From: a virus
Taxonomy: Duplodnaviria > Caudoviricetes
IMG/VR virus record: IMGVR_UViG_2912765049_000001
Coordinates: 87,950 to 151,949 of that record
Reading direction: 5' to 3' (one strand)
DNA length: 64,000 nt
Shown here: in pieces, positions 10,217 through 18,672 of the stretch
How the letters are laid out: each line of letters starts with the position of its first letter
Numbering within the stretch: the first letter of the stretch is position 1
Notes under the pieces: generated by a model
The model's input: the letters and a program-made list of their open reading frames with translations, nothing else
What the model was told of the DNA's origin: nothing
Databases searched by the model: none
Made by a program: the position numbers and the translations under genes

Positions 10217-10260
10217 GTCCGGTACGGGCCGGGTGAGGACGGGCCCGGCCCGTACCGGAC
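10217..10260 (-). terminator. Intrinsic terminator after the capsid genes
   Basis: 17-bp perfect inverted repeat GTCCGGTACGGGCCGGG/CCCGGCCCGTACCGGAC followed by a pyrimidine/U run on the minus strand. Confidence 0.75.
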
Positions 10261-10274
10261 GGCGAGGGGCCGGG

Positions 10275-10571
10275 TTACTCCTCGGCCTTGGCGGTGGTGC
10301 GCCGGGTGCGCGGCTTGTTCTCCGGCTTCGGTTCCGGCTCGGCCGGCTCCTGGGCAGCGGGCTCCTGCCCGCCCCCGCCCGCGCCCGGGTCGGGCGCCGC
10401 CGGGGTGTCCGCCGGGTCGGGCTCGGGCACCTCGCCGTTCTCCCACGCGGACGGGGTGCGGATGAGCTGGGCCAGGTGCGGCTCCGGCTCGGTTCCGGCC
10501 TCGCAGATGACCCACTCGTGCGAGGTCGGGTCCTTGACGTAGACGGTGGAGAGGAGTCGGGGCACGGTCAC
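10275..10571 (-). CDS. Small protein downstream of capsid
   Basis: GTGA overlap with the capsid stop; VPRLLSTVYVKDP...; Pro/Glu-rich tail. Confidence 0.65.
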   Translation of the reverse strand: MTVPRLLSTVYVKDPTSHEWVICEAGTEPEPHLAQLIRTPSAWENGEVPEPDPADTPAAPDPGAGGGGQEPAAQEPAEPEPKPENKPRTRRTTAKAEE

Positions 10572-11638
10572 CACACCCGCGCGGCCATGTGGATGTCCGG
10601 CACGTACATCACCGGCATGGCGGAGGCCGCGACCTTGGTCCACACGGTGACCGGGTCGTCGGTGTAGCCGTGGGTGACGACGATGCCGGGCGCGTCCTCC
10701 CGCAGGATCGCGGGGTTGGTGCCGCGGGACAGCACGAGCGACTCGGCGGTGATGCCGTACTGCGTCTCGCCCCACTGGCGCGGGTTGGGCGGCAGCATCA
10801 GCCACAGGTTCTCCGGCAGTACCCGCGGGTTGGTGCCGTCGTCCAGGGGGATCTGCACGTCGTACACGGTGATCGGCGGCAGCCCGTACCGCGCACGCAC
10901 GGCGTCGACCTCGTTGGGGGCGAGGACGGCGGTGGGGATCTGCGAGCCGAGCAGCGACCCGTAGTAGGCCGCCCGGTAGGACTGGTTGCCCGCGAGGAGG
11001 CTCTTGGCCTTGAAGGACGTGAAGATCCGGGTGGGCAGCGGTGCCCGGGCGTCGCGCAGCGCCTGGATCCAGCGCATCTCGTCCGCGAGGGCGTCGGCGG
11101 TCGGGTCGGTCCACGGCACCGGAGCGGTGGGCATGTGGGCGGCCGGCACCTGGGCGTCGTACTCGATGTACAGGTTGTTCTCGCCCTTGAGCGTGAACTT
11201 GCCGTCGGCCAGCAGGTCACCGGCGGCCAGCTCCATGCGGGAGCGGATGGACAGCACGTGCGCGGCGACGTCGTCGTACACGGCCTGGACCAGCTCGTCG
11301 GAGTTGGCGCCGCGGTCGGCGTCGAGGAGGATCTGCTCCATCTCGCCCACGAGGTACTTCTGGCCGAGTGGCGGGAGCTTGCCCTCGGTCTCGACCATGG
11401 TGATCTCGCGGGTCGCGATGGGCGTGGTCGCGTCCCAGGCGCGGTACTTGGCCGCCGGCACCCGGCGGTTGGTCCGCTTCACCCTCCACTTGACGGTGTT
11501 GAGGCGGACTTCCGGCAGCACGCTGCGGGTCAGCTCGTAGTCCTCCGGCCCGGGGATCGCGCGGACGAACGCGTTGATGTCGGTCGCCGTGAGCTCCCGG
11601 AGCAGGAGCTCGAGCATGTCGTGCATCTCGGTCGGCAT
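10568..11638 (-). CDS. Major capsid protein (lambda gpE-like family)
   Basis: 357 aa from MPTEMHDML; AAKYRAWDA...LPPLGQK and C-terminal DPVTVWTKVAASAMPV; follows the decoration gene. Confidence 0.9.
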   Translation of the reverse strand: MPTEMHDMLELLLRELTATDINAFVRAIPGPEDYELTRSVLPEVRLNTVKWRVKRTNRRVPAAKYRAWDATTPIATREITMVETEGKLPPLGQKYLVGEMEQILLDADRGANSDELVQAVYDDVAAHVLSIRSRMELAAGDLLADGKFTLKGENNLYIEYDAQVPAAHMPTAPVPWTDPTADALADEMRWIQALRDARAPLPTRIFTSFKAKSLLAGNQSYRAAYYGSLLGSQIPTAVLAPNEVDAVRARYGLPPITVYDVQIPLDDGTNPRVLPENLWLMLPPNPRQWGETQYGITAESLVLSRGTNPAILREDAPGIVVTHGYTDDPVTVWTKVAASAMPVMYVPDIHMAARVW

Positions 11639-11652
11639 GACGGGGCTCCCTC

Positions 11653-12063
11653 TCAGGATGCGTAGGTGACGGAGGCGGTGGTCTTCTTCACGGCGGTCGC
11701 GTCGAAGGCGACCGGGAGCTTCGCCGGGGCGACGAGGCCGTGGATGCGCAGCGCGGCGCCGATGCGGGTGGCGCCGACGCCGAAGGCGGTCTCGGTGTCG
11801 AGGAAGCCGGCGAGGACCTCGTGGCCGTCGGTCGCGGCCGGGTCGTACGGCTCGTACAGGCCGCTGGTGGCGTTGCGGGCCAGCGGCAGGCCGGACTTGA
11901 AATGCGCCTCGACGGTCTTGATGCCGCGCACCCAGTGGGTGTTCTCCGCGAACTTCGCAACGTCGAGGGTGATCGTCTGGTTGGTCTCGGTGCCGTGGCT
12001 GGACAGCAGCCAGGGGCGACCGACCCGCAGGCTCTGAGTGGTGGTGATCGGCTGGATATCCAT
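11653..12063 (-). CDS. Head decoration protein
   Basis: SGLPLAR...GLYEPYD...DGHEVLAGFL motif; lies between scaffold and capsid. Confidence 0.8.
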   Translation of the reverse strand: MDIQPITTTQSLRVGRPWLLSSHGTETNQTITLDVAKFAENTHWVRGIKTVEAHFKSGLPLARNATSGLYEPYDPAATDGHEVLAGFLDTETAFGVGATRIGAALRIHGLVAPAKLPVAFDATAVKKTTASVTYAS

Positions 12064-12193
12064 GCCGGGGTCGTCCTCCCGTGGGACGGGCGCAGCAGAA
12101 GAGCGGGGCACCGCAGTTGGTGCCGTCGTCCACGGGGAGGAAGGGGGTGGGCGTGGTCCCAGGGGTGGTGCGGTGGTGCGGAGCGGCGGCCGG

Positions 12194-12958
12194 TCAGGCC
12201 GCCTGGTCGCCGGTGCCGAACATGCGGGCGGCCATCGCGCGGCCGGCGTCGCCGGGCTTGCCGGTCGGGGCCTGGCGCTGCGGGGGTCCGCCGGCCGGGG
12301 AGCCGGACGGAGCGGGCGGGGTCTGGGGTGTGGGGGTGGGCGTCCCGAACAGGGCGGGGCGGCGCTTCTTGAGGTCCTTGGCCGCCTCCGCGATCGCATC
12401 GGCGTCGGCGTCCGGGGTCTCGGCGAGGGCCTTGTCCAGCAGCACGAGGGCGTCCTCGAGGTCCGCGTCGGCTGCACCGAGGCCGATGAGCGCAGAGGTG
12501 CGCTGCGCCTCCTGCAGCTTGGCCTGGGCCGCGGCCAGGGTCTCGGCGGCGGTGGTCTCCTTGGCGGTGATCGCCTTCTCCCGGTCGGCGAACGCGGCCT
12601 CCCGGCGCTGCTCTTCGGACAGCTGGGCTTCCTTGAGTTTCTTGGCGTCGCCGAGGACCTGCTTGATCTGCTCGGCGTCGACGCTGTCCGGGTCGAGACC
12701 GGCCTCCGCAGCGAGGTCGCGCAGCGCGGACTGCCTGCCCTGGTCCTTCTCCCGGGTCATCATCAGGCTCAGGCGCTTCTGGGTGACCGTGACGGTCTCC
12801 TCGTCGCTGCCCTGGCCGCTCTGGCGGTCGGCGACGTCCTTCGGCGTGGGGACCGGCGGGGGCGAGGCCGGCGGGGCCGCGGGCGGGGCGGGGTTCGGAG
12901 CCGGGGCCGGCGGGATGGCCGGGGTGGGCGGTTCGTCGGGCATGTGGGTGTCCTCCAC
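12194..12958 (-). CDS. Capsid scaffolding protein
   Basis: Pro-rich ends, central coiled coil, KKRRPALFG motif; synteny. Confidence 0.8.
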   Translation of the reverse strand: MEDTHMPDEPPTPAIPPAPAPNPAPPAAPPASPPPVPTPKDVADRQSGQGSDEETVTVTQKRLSLMMTREKDQGRQSALRDLAAEAGLDPDSVDAEQIKQVLGDAKKLKEAQLSEEQRREAAFADREKAITAKETTAAETLAAAQAKLQEAQRTSALIGLGAADADLEDALVLLDKALAETPDADADAIAEAAKDLKKRRPALFGTPTPTPQTPPAPSGSPAGGPPQRQAPTGKPGDAGRAMAARMFGTGDQAA

Positions 12959-12977
12959 CGGTGCGCCCCCGCGCCGT

Positions 12978-14825
12978 CTACGAGTTTACGGGCGATCTTG
13001 ACTGCTGCTGTCCCGCGTCAACTCCGGTGCCCTCCGCGGCCGGTAGGCCGCTGGGGCCGGGCAGGACCGGGGCGGGGATCTGCTCGGGGTCGGCGGGCTT
13101 CATGCCGAGGTAGTCGCGTACGGCGGCGGCATCACCGGTGGCGTCGGCGAGGGCGGCGGCCTGGTCGAAGGCGCGGGACTGGATGCGCTCGATCTCTTCC
13201 GGGATGTCCTCGATCGGCCAGCCGCCCTCGGCGAGCATCCGCAGCGCGGTCTCCAGGCTGATCAGCCGGGCCGCGTACGCGGTGGCGACCTCCTCGAGCA
13301 CGCCCATGCGGTCGGTGGGGGTGTAAGCGCCGAAGACCATGTTCGCCGGGTGGACGCCGCGGCCGATCCAGTCGGGGTGCTGCCCGGCGATAAACAACCG
13401 CTGAACGAACCGCAGCAGGAGCTGGTACTTGTGCCGGCGGGCCAGGCGCATGGCGGCGATCAGCTTGTCGAGCGGGCCGAGGGAGATCTTCAGGGCGTAG
13501 CCGGAAGGCAGCTGCGCCGGGTCCTGGGTGCCCAGTGCGATCGGGGGGAGGCGCAGGTTGACCGCTGCGCGCTCGCGCAGGGTCTCCACCGTGGCCAGGA
13601 GCTGGGCGAGTTGGGGTGCGGTGTTCACGACGTCCATGCGCCCGCCGTCGGCCAGCCGGAAGACGGTGCCGGGTTCGACCTGCACGCTGGCCCGGCCGTC
13701 CTGCAGGCCCGAGACGGACAGGATCGGGATGCCGGTGGTCGCCGAGGCGCGGGCCGCGTCGGTGTCGGATGCCGCCAGCTCGTCCATGATCTGAAGGACT
13801 GCCGCGAGGGACGCCTTACCCCAGTGCTCTTCGGCGCCGGGCACCGTGTTGGGCAGGTGGACCACCGGAATGAAGTCGATCAACAGGTCGAGGGCGTCGA
13901 GGACTTCGCCGTCGCCCCTCTGGGCGTAGGTGGCTTTGCCCATCGGCAGGTTGTCGACGTCGTCGGTGCGCTCGAGGTCTTCCAGCAGCCAGGTGGCGTC
14001 GGTGAGGTAGCAGGTGAGGTCGGACGGTTCGTCGTTCCAGGCGTACTGGCGCCAGATCCTGCCGTGCTCGTCGGCGGTGTCGCCCGGGGTGAGCTGCGGG
14101 TCGTCCTCGTCGCCGACGAAGGCACGCAGCGGCCGGCCGCGCCGGTCGGCGCCCGAGACGGTCGCCGGGCGGATGGGGCCGAGCTCGTAGGTGATGCGGC
14201 GCAGCCGCGCCTTGAGGCCGCGCCGTTTGTCCTCGGGGATCTCCCAGGCGAAGTGCACGCGGTGGGGGAACTCCCCGCCGTCGTCGCCCAGGATGGGGAA
14301 GTAGAAGCCGGGGTCCATGACGCGCACGACGGGGCGGCGCTTGTCGGGCTCCCAGGAGACCCGGTAGATGGCGTCCCCCAGGCCGACGGCCTTGCGCTCG
14401 GCCTGCTGCATCCGCATGGCCAGCTGCTCGTCCTCGGCCCAGGTGAGGAGGTCCTCCTGGACCGCGCGGGCTTCCTCGTCGAACGTGGTGGTGTCGTCCG
14501 GCTCCGTGCCGGCCACCACGATGCGCTGTTCGTCGCCGAGGACATCGGAGGTGATCGCGTCGACGAAGGCGGCCGGGTCGCCGTACTCGCGGCGTTCACG
14601 GGCGGAGGGCCCGTCGCGGACCTCGGCGAGTTCGCCGGCCTGGCCGCCGTCGTAGGCGGCGAGGACGGTGTACGCGGCGAGGCGGCGGGTGTCTTCCTCG
14701 GGCACCCAGGTGGCGTACGCGGACGGGAAGGCCCGCCGGTTGGGGTCGCCGGTGGTCGGATCGGCGTACACCGGCTTGAAGTTGAGCCAGCCCCAGGCGT
14801 CGATGAGGAATTGCCGCAGGCCCAC
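12978..14825 (-). CDS. Portal protein
   Basis: 615 aa; GLGDAIYRV, IPVVHLPN...HWG, SGYALK, LISLETAL motifs; lies between terminase and scaffold. Confidence 0.85.
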   Translation of the reverse strand: MGLRQFLIDAWGWLNFKPVYADPTTGDPNRRAFPSAYATWVPEEDTRRLAAYTVLAAYDGGQAGELAEVRDGPSARERREYGDPAAFVDAITSDVLGDEQRIVVAGTEPDDTTTFDEEARAVQEDLLTWAEDEQLAMRMQQAERKAVGLGDAIYRVSWEPDKRRPVVRVMDPGFYFPILGDDGGEFPHRVHFAWEIPEDKRRGLKARLRRITYELGPIRPATVSGADRRGRPLRAFVGDEDDPQLTPGDTADEHGRIWRQYAWNDEPSDLTCYLTDATWLLEDLERTDDVDNLPMGKATYAQRGDGEVLDALDLLIDFIPVVHLPNTVPGAEEHWGKASLAAVLQIMDELAASDTDAARASATTGIPILSVSGLQDGRASVQVEPGTVFRLADGGRMDVVNTAPQLAQLLATVETLRERAAVNLRLPPIALGTQDPAQLPSGYALKISLGPLDKLIAAMRLARRHKYQLLLRFVQRLFIAGQHPDWIGRGVHPANMVFGAYTPTDRMGVLEEVATAYAARLISLETALRMLAEGGWPIEDIPEEIERIQSRAFDQAAALADATGDAAAVRDYLGMKPADPEQIPAPVLPGPSGLPAAEGTGVDAGQQQSRSPVNS

Positions 14826-14899
14826 GTCGTCCCTCCGGACAAGGTCGGCCCCGCGCCGTGATCAAGGATATCGGCGGGGGGCCGGAGGGGCTGCGGGCG

Positions 14900-15145
14900 T
14901 CAGGCGTAGCGGTGGCCGGCCTCGTAGTGCTCGAAGTCCCGGTCCTCGACCAGCCGCCAGGTGCGGCGGCGGCCGATGACCTGGTTCGCCCAGCGCTTGG
15001 CCAGCATGACGTCGCGCTCCGGGATCTCGCTGAACGTCTCGTGGCAGTCGCGCTTGCCGCCTTCCAGTTCCCAGCCGCTCACGTCCACGTCGATCCACGT
15101 CGGTGTCAGCTTGTACCAGGCGAGTTCGGCGAGTTCGTCGTCCAT
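14900..15145 (-). CDS. Hypothetical protein
   Basis: GGAGG RBS then MDDELAELAWY...; preceded by an operator copy. Confidence 0.65.
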   Translation of the reverse strand: MDDELAELAWYKLTPTWIDVDVSGWELEGGKRDCHETFSEIPERDVMLAKRWANQVIGRRRTWRLVEDRDFEHYEAGHRYA

Positions 15146-15192
15146 CCGGTCCTCCGTCCGATGTGGTTTCTGGGCTTCAACCCCTCCAACTT

Positions 15193-15245
15193 TACAACGT
15201 GATGTTGTATTGTGGCAATGGAGCCGGAGACAACGGATCGTTGTA
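15193..15245. promoter_or_regulatory. Two operator copies (15193-15209, 15229-15245) in a divergent promoter region
   Basis: TACAAC-GTGAT-GTTGTA and GACAAC-GGATC-GTTGTA, the second running into TATAGT. Confidence 0.8.
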
Positions 15246-15365
15246 TAGTCAGCGCCGGGCGCGGTCGACGTGCACCGACCGCCCGGAACACGTGCGGTCC
15301 ACCCCGAGGAGAGCGGGGCGGACCGCACACCCATCGTTCCACCCGACAGCAGAGGACACAGGATC

Positions 15366-15620
15366 ATGACGAAGGAATCGAAGGAAGCGCCCCAAGAAGG
15401 GGGCGAGACCGAGGTGTGGGGTTACGCGGAGGTCGCCCAGGAGATCGGCGTGGCGGTCGGGACCGTGCGCTACTACTGGTCGCAGAAGCGCCACCTCCTG
15501 CCGGACCCTGACGTGACGCTGAGCGGAAAGCCCGGCTGGTACCCCGCGACCGTGAAGGACTGGAAGATCAAGCGCCCCGGCCAGGGCTTCCGCACCGACC
15601 TCCAGGACCAGGACTCCTGA
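15366..15620 (+). CDS. AlpA/MerR-like HTH regulator, candidate repressor of the TACAAC-N5-GTTGTA regulon
   Basis: WGYAEVAQEIGVAVGTVRYY...LPDPD...PGWYPATVKDW...RPGQG. Confidence 0.8.
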   Translation: MTKESKEAPQEGGETEVWGYAEVAQEIGVAVGTVRYYWSQKRHLLPDPDVTLSGKPGWYPATVKDWKIKRPGQGFRTDLQDQDS

Positions 15621-15732
15621 GCCGCCCAGACCGACGCTCGCACCGCCGCGGCGCGCCCCGCTCCCCCTCCGGAGCCGGGGCGCGCGGCGTTTCCAGCGGG
15701 CCGAAACAAGATCAGAAAAGCCCTTTCAACTT

Positions 15733-15749
15733 TACAACATAGCGTTATA
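15733..15749 (+). promoter_or_regulatory. Operator/promoter copy
   Basis: TACAAC-ATAGC-GTTATA overlapping a TATAGT -10. Confidence 0.75.
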
Positions 15750-15797
15750 TAGTCTGCGGGAGAGGCCGGACCCGCCGGCCCCGAGGGGAGGAACGAG

Positions 15798-16292
15798 ATG
15801 TTCACCGTCAGCCTGGACCTCAACGCCCACGGCCTGCCCGCCAGCGATCCGCTGACGGTTCACGGGGTCGGCGCCTGGGTTCACGGCACGACCGGCATCC
15901 GATACTCCTTCCACGACCCGGCGATCCACTTCCCCGGCTCGGACTGCCCGGTCACCGGCGTCCTGGTGGCCGACAAGTACATCGACCCGGTCTACCGGGA
16001 CGACCCGGCCAGCTACGACTTCGACGACGAGCCGGCCGTCTCGGTCAGCCTCGGCGACCCGACGGCCGCCGACGTGCACGACCAGATGATCGAGGTCGGC
16101 GACTGGGGCTTCAGCGGGTACGTGGTCTGCAGCGACCTGTACCTGAACCCCGGCCCGCACCCCGACCACGCCGACCGGTACCCCTTCGAGGCCGGGACGC
16201 GAGTGGACGGGCCGACATACCACCTCACCGCGAGCCTGCTGCGGGCCGCCGCCGCCGACTACGTACACCGGTGGAAGACGACCAACGTGTGA
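15798..16292 (+). CDS. Hypothetical protein (moron-like cassette)
   Basis: GGAGG RBS, own promoter/operator. Confidence 0.75.
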   Translation: MFTVSLDLNAHGLPASDPLTVHGVGAWVHGTTGIRYSFHDPAIHFPGSDCPVTGVLVADKYIDPVYRDDPASYDFDDEPAVSVSLGDPTAADVHDQMIEVGDWGFSGYVVCSDLYLNPGPHPDHADRYPFEAGTRVDGPTYHLTASLLRAAAADYVHRWKTTNV

Positions 16293-16397
16293 CCTGCGCC
16301 CCGGCCTCCCCGCCGGGGCGCAGCCGTGACCGCAGCCCGGCGGAGGTGCTCTGACCTCCTCTTTTCTCTGGAAGATCGGCGCCATGCGCTTCAACCT

Positions 16398-16414
16398 TAC
16401 AACGCTACATTGTA
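16398..16414 (+). promoter_or_regulatory. Operator/promoter copy
   Basis: TACAAC-GCTAC-ATTGTA followed by TAGTTG. Confidence 0.8.
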
Positions 16415-16463
16415 TAGTTGAGGTGCAAGGAACGGACCGGTACCAACGAGGAAGGAGTCAGAC

Positions 16464-16712
16464 ATGACCCTCGACCAGCCCACGGCGGACAAGGTGTTCG
16501 AGGCCGCCCTCGCGGCGCGGTTCCACCCCACCAACCTGGGCCTGACCGGCGAGGTGTGGGTCGACGGCTACACCTACCGGGTGGTCGTCACCGAGACGGA
16601 GCGGGCCTGCACCGACGTACGGGCGGGCTGGGGCGACGCCGAGTACACCTTCGCCAGCGCCAGCCCCGAGCAGGACCGGGCGCTGCGCGAGGCGATCGCC
16701 AACCCTAACTAG
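16464..16712 (+). CDS. Hypothetical protein (moron-like cassette)
   Basis: AAGGAG RBS, GC3 bias. Confidence 0.75.
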   Translation: MTLDQPTADKVFEAALAARFHPTNLGLTGEVWVDGYTYRVVVTETERACTDVRAGWGDAEYTFASASPEQDRALREAIANPN

Positions 16713-16794
16713 CCGACAACGGCGGGGGCTTGCCCTGGGGCAAGCACGGCAAGCCCCCGCCACCCGACCCGCGACCGACCACCAAGGAGGCTCC

Positions 16795-17400
16795 GTGACC
16801 GTCACCTTCACCGCCGCACACCGGCCGCCGGTGGGCTACGCCGTCAGCTGCTGCTGCCCGCAGGCCACCGTGCTCGCCCCGCGCTTCGGCAGCTACCCGG
16901 ATGCCCAGGATGCCGCCGACCGGGCCAACGCCGCCCCCGGCCCGCGAGACCCGCTGCCCGGCTGCGACCTGCCCGAGATCTGCCCGGAGTACCCGCTGTA
17001 CGCGGAGGAGGTGGACCCGGACGGGGAGGTGCCGTTCGTTGAGTTCTCGAACACCAACGTCGTCGGCGTCCTCGAGGCGCTCGGCTTCCCGCTCGCCGCG
17101 GACGCGGGCACGGCGTGCGACGCCCTCGAGGCCGGTCTGCCGCTCGAGGTGCCGGACGACGCCGTGGTGATCCCGGTCGCCGTGGTCGACGCCCACGGCC
17201 AGCTGGGCGCGGGAGACTTCCGGGCCCGGGTGCTGACCGCGCTCGGCCTGGCCCCCGAGGATCCCGGCGTGCCGGACCTCCGGCTCGGGCGCACGGTCGT
17301 CTGCGGCCGTGCGCCGGGCTACCTGCAGCGGCGCCTGCGGGAGCTGTACGAGCTGGCCGACTGGTGCGCTGCACACGGCCGCGAGGTGGCCTGGCACTGA
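16795..17400 (+). CDS. Hypothetical protein
   Basis: AAGGAGG RBS + GTG; FSNTNVVGVLEALG...GYLQRRLRELYELA...VAW. Confidence 0.75.
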   Translation: MTVTFTAAHRPPVGYAVSCCCPQATVLAPRFGSYPDAQDAADRANAAPGPRDPLPGCDLPEICPEYPLYAEEVDPDGEVPFVEFSNTNVVGVLEALGFPLAADAGTACDALEAGLPLEVPDDAVVIPVAVVDAHGQLGAGDFRARVLTALGLAPEDPGVPDLRLGRTVVCGRAPGYLQRRLRELYELADWCAAHGREVAWH

Positions 17401-17529
17401 CCCGGTCCGCCCCGCTTGCCCCGGGGCGGACCGGGCGCCGCACGGCGCGCTGTGGCCGCGTCGGCCACGCGCCAAGTGCCGTGCCCATCAGGGACTTTCC
17501 TCGAAAGATCTGGGCCGCGGCTTCCACCT

Positions 17530-17546
17530 TACAACGCATCATTGTA
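17530..17546 (+). promoter_or_regulatory. Operator/promoter copy
   Basis: TACAAC-GCATC-ATTGTA followed by TAGTTG. Confidence 0.8.
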
Positions 17547-17596
17547 TAGTTGATGTTGGAAGGGGCAGACGCCCAGGACGAACCGAGGAGCACCTC

Positions 17597-17935
17597 ATGA
17601 ACAACGCACGACGCCGGGCCCGGATCTGCATAGCCTTCGCCCGCCAGGAGGTCGCCGAGACCTTCGGGCCGGTCGCCGACCTGGATGCCGAGGACCGCGC
17701 CTGGCGGCGGGAGTCCCTCGCCTCCACCTTCAAGGGGTACACGGAGAACCGGGTGACGGGGGTGGGCGCCGACTGGCGCGAGGCCCTCAAGGACGCCGCC
17801 GACAGAGGCCGGATCGACCTCGCCGAGTACGACGGGGACCTGACGGTCGCCCGCGACGCACTCCTGCACGGCGCGATCTGGGAGTTCGTCACCACGGCGG
17901 ACGGGATGGCGATCCTGGACACCTGCGCCTCCTGA
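17597..17935 (+). CDS. Hypothetical protein (moron-like cassette)
   Basis: GAGGAG RBS, MNNARRR... Confidence 0.75.
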   Translation: MNNARRRARICIAFARQEVAETFGPVADLDAEDRAWRRESLASTFKGYTENRVTGVGADWREALKDAADRGRIDLAEYDGDLTVARDALLHGAIWEFVTTADGMAILDTCAS

Positions 17936-17938
17936 ACA

Positions 17939-17991
17939 CCCGCAGCTTTGCCAGCCGCCCGAGCGCACCGGGCGGCTGGCAAAGCTGCGGG
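17939..17991 (+). terminator. Long hairpin terminator
   Basis: CCCGCAGCTTTGCCAGCCGCCCG / CGGGCGGCTGGCAAAGCTGCGGG inverted repeat directly after the stop. Confidence 0.7.
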
Positions 17992-18039
17992 ACTACCCCC
18001 CACCCCGCCGGAGAAAGATCACCAAACCCCTTCCAACAT

Positions 18040-18056
18040 TACAACACTGCGTTGTA
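18040..18056 (+). promoter_or_regulatory. Operator/promoter copy
   Basis: TACAAC-ACTGC-GTTGTA followed by TAGTTG. Confidence 0.8.
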
Positions 18057-18118
18057 TAGTTGATCTCGAAGGGGGCGGGCAAGCCCCCGGACCTTGATAA
18101 GTGCAGAGGGAGCGCAGC

Positions 18119-18343
18119 ATGGACGAGATGACGGTCGCCGACCTGATCGAGAAGCTCGAGCGGATGAACCCGGAGGCCAAGGTGCGCCTGGCCACGCAGC
18201 CGAACTACCCCTTCGAGTACACGATCGGCGAGGTGACCGAGACCGAGGACGGCACCTGCTGGATCGCCGAGGGCGAGCAGCAGGGCTACCTCAGCGGCGA
18301 GGCCCAGGAGGCCCTGGGCTGGAGCAACTGGAGCCGCAACTAG
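18119..18343 (+). CDS. Small hypothetical phage protein
   Basis: MTVADLIEKLERMNPEAKVRLATQPNYPFEY...YL...EALGW. Confidence 0.75.
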   Translation: MDEMTVADLIEKLERMNPEAKVRLATQPNYPFEYTIGEVTETEDGTCWIAEGEQQGYLSGEAQEALGWSNWSRN

Positions 18344-18412
18344 CCGAACGCCACACCGGGCCCGCCTCGAGGAGAGCGAGGCGGGCCCGCACGGAGACGA
18401 AAGGAGCAGCGG

Positions 18413-18619
18413 ATGCCCCTCTACATCCTCAAGGAGCTCGACTCGCAGGGCCGCGTCTTCCAGGACGACGACACCACCGAGTACTTCGACGACACCGACC
18501 ACAACGGCAACGCGCTGGACGCCGCAATGGACGCCTACAACTTCCGGGTCGGTCAGACCGATGAGGCTTGGGGCGCCGGGGTCGGCGCGACCCGCTGGAC
18601 GCTCCTTCAGGTCGGCTAG
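18413..18619 (+). CDS. Small acidic hypothetical protein
   Basis: AAGGAG RBS; 68 aa. Confidence 0.7.
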   Translation: MPLYILKELDSQGRVFQDDDTTEYFDDTDHNGNALDAAMDAYNFRVGQTDEAWGAGVGATRWTLLQVG

Positions 18620-18672
18620 CCCCCGACACCCGCTCCTGGCAGCCCCGGCCCACCCGGCCGGGGCTGCGCCGT

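Noticed and set aside
59-14825. Contractile injection system, tailocin or GTA
   Set aside because: No sheath gene; capsid, portal, terminase, long TMP and replication genes indicate a siphovirus-type phage.
15193-18056. CRISPR or integron attC interpretation of the TACAAC repeats
   Set aside because: Spacing is irregular and gene-sized, copies coincide with -10 boxes, spacers vary and no integrase is present; an operator-promoter fits better.
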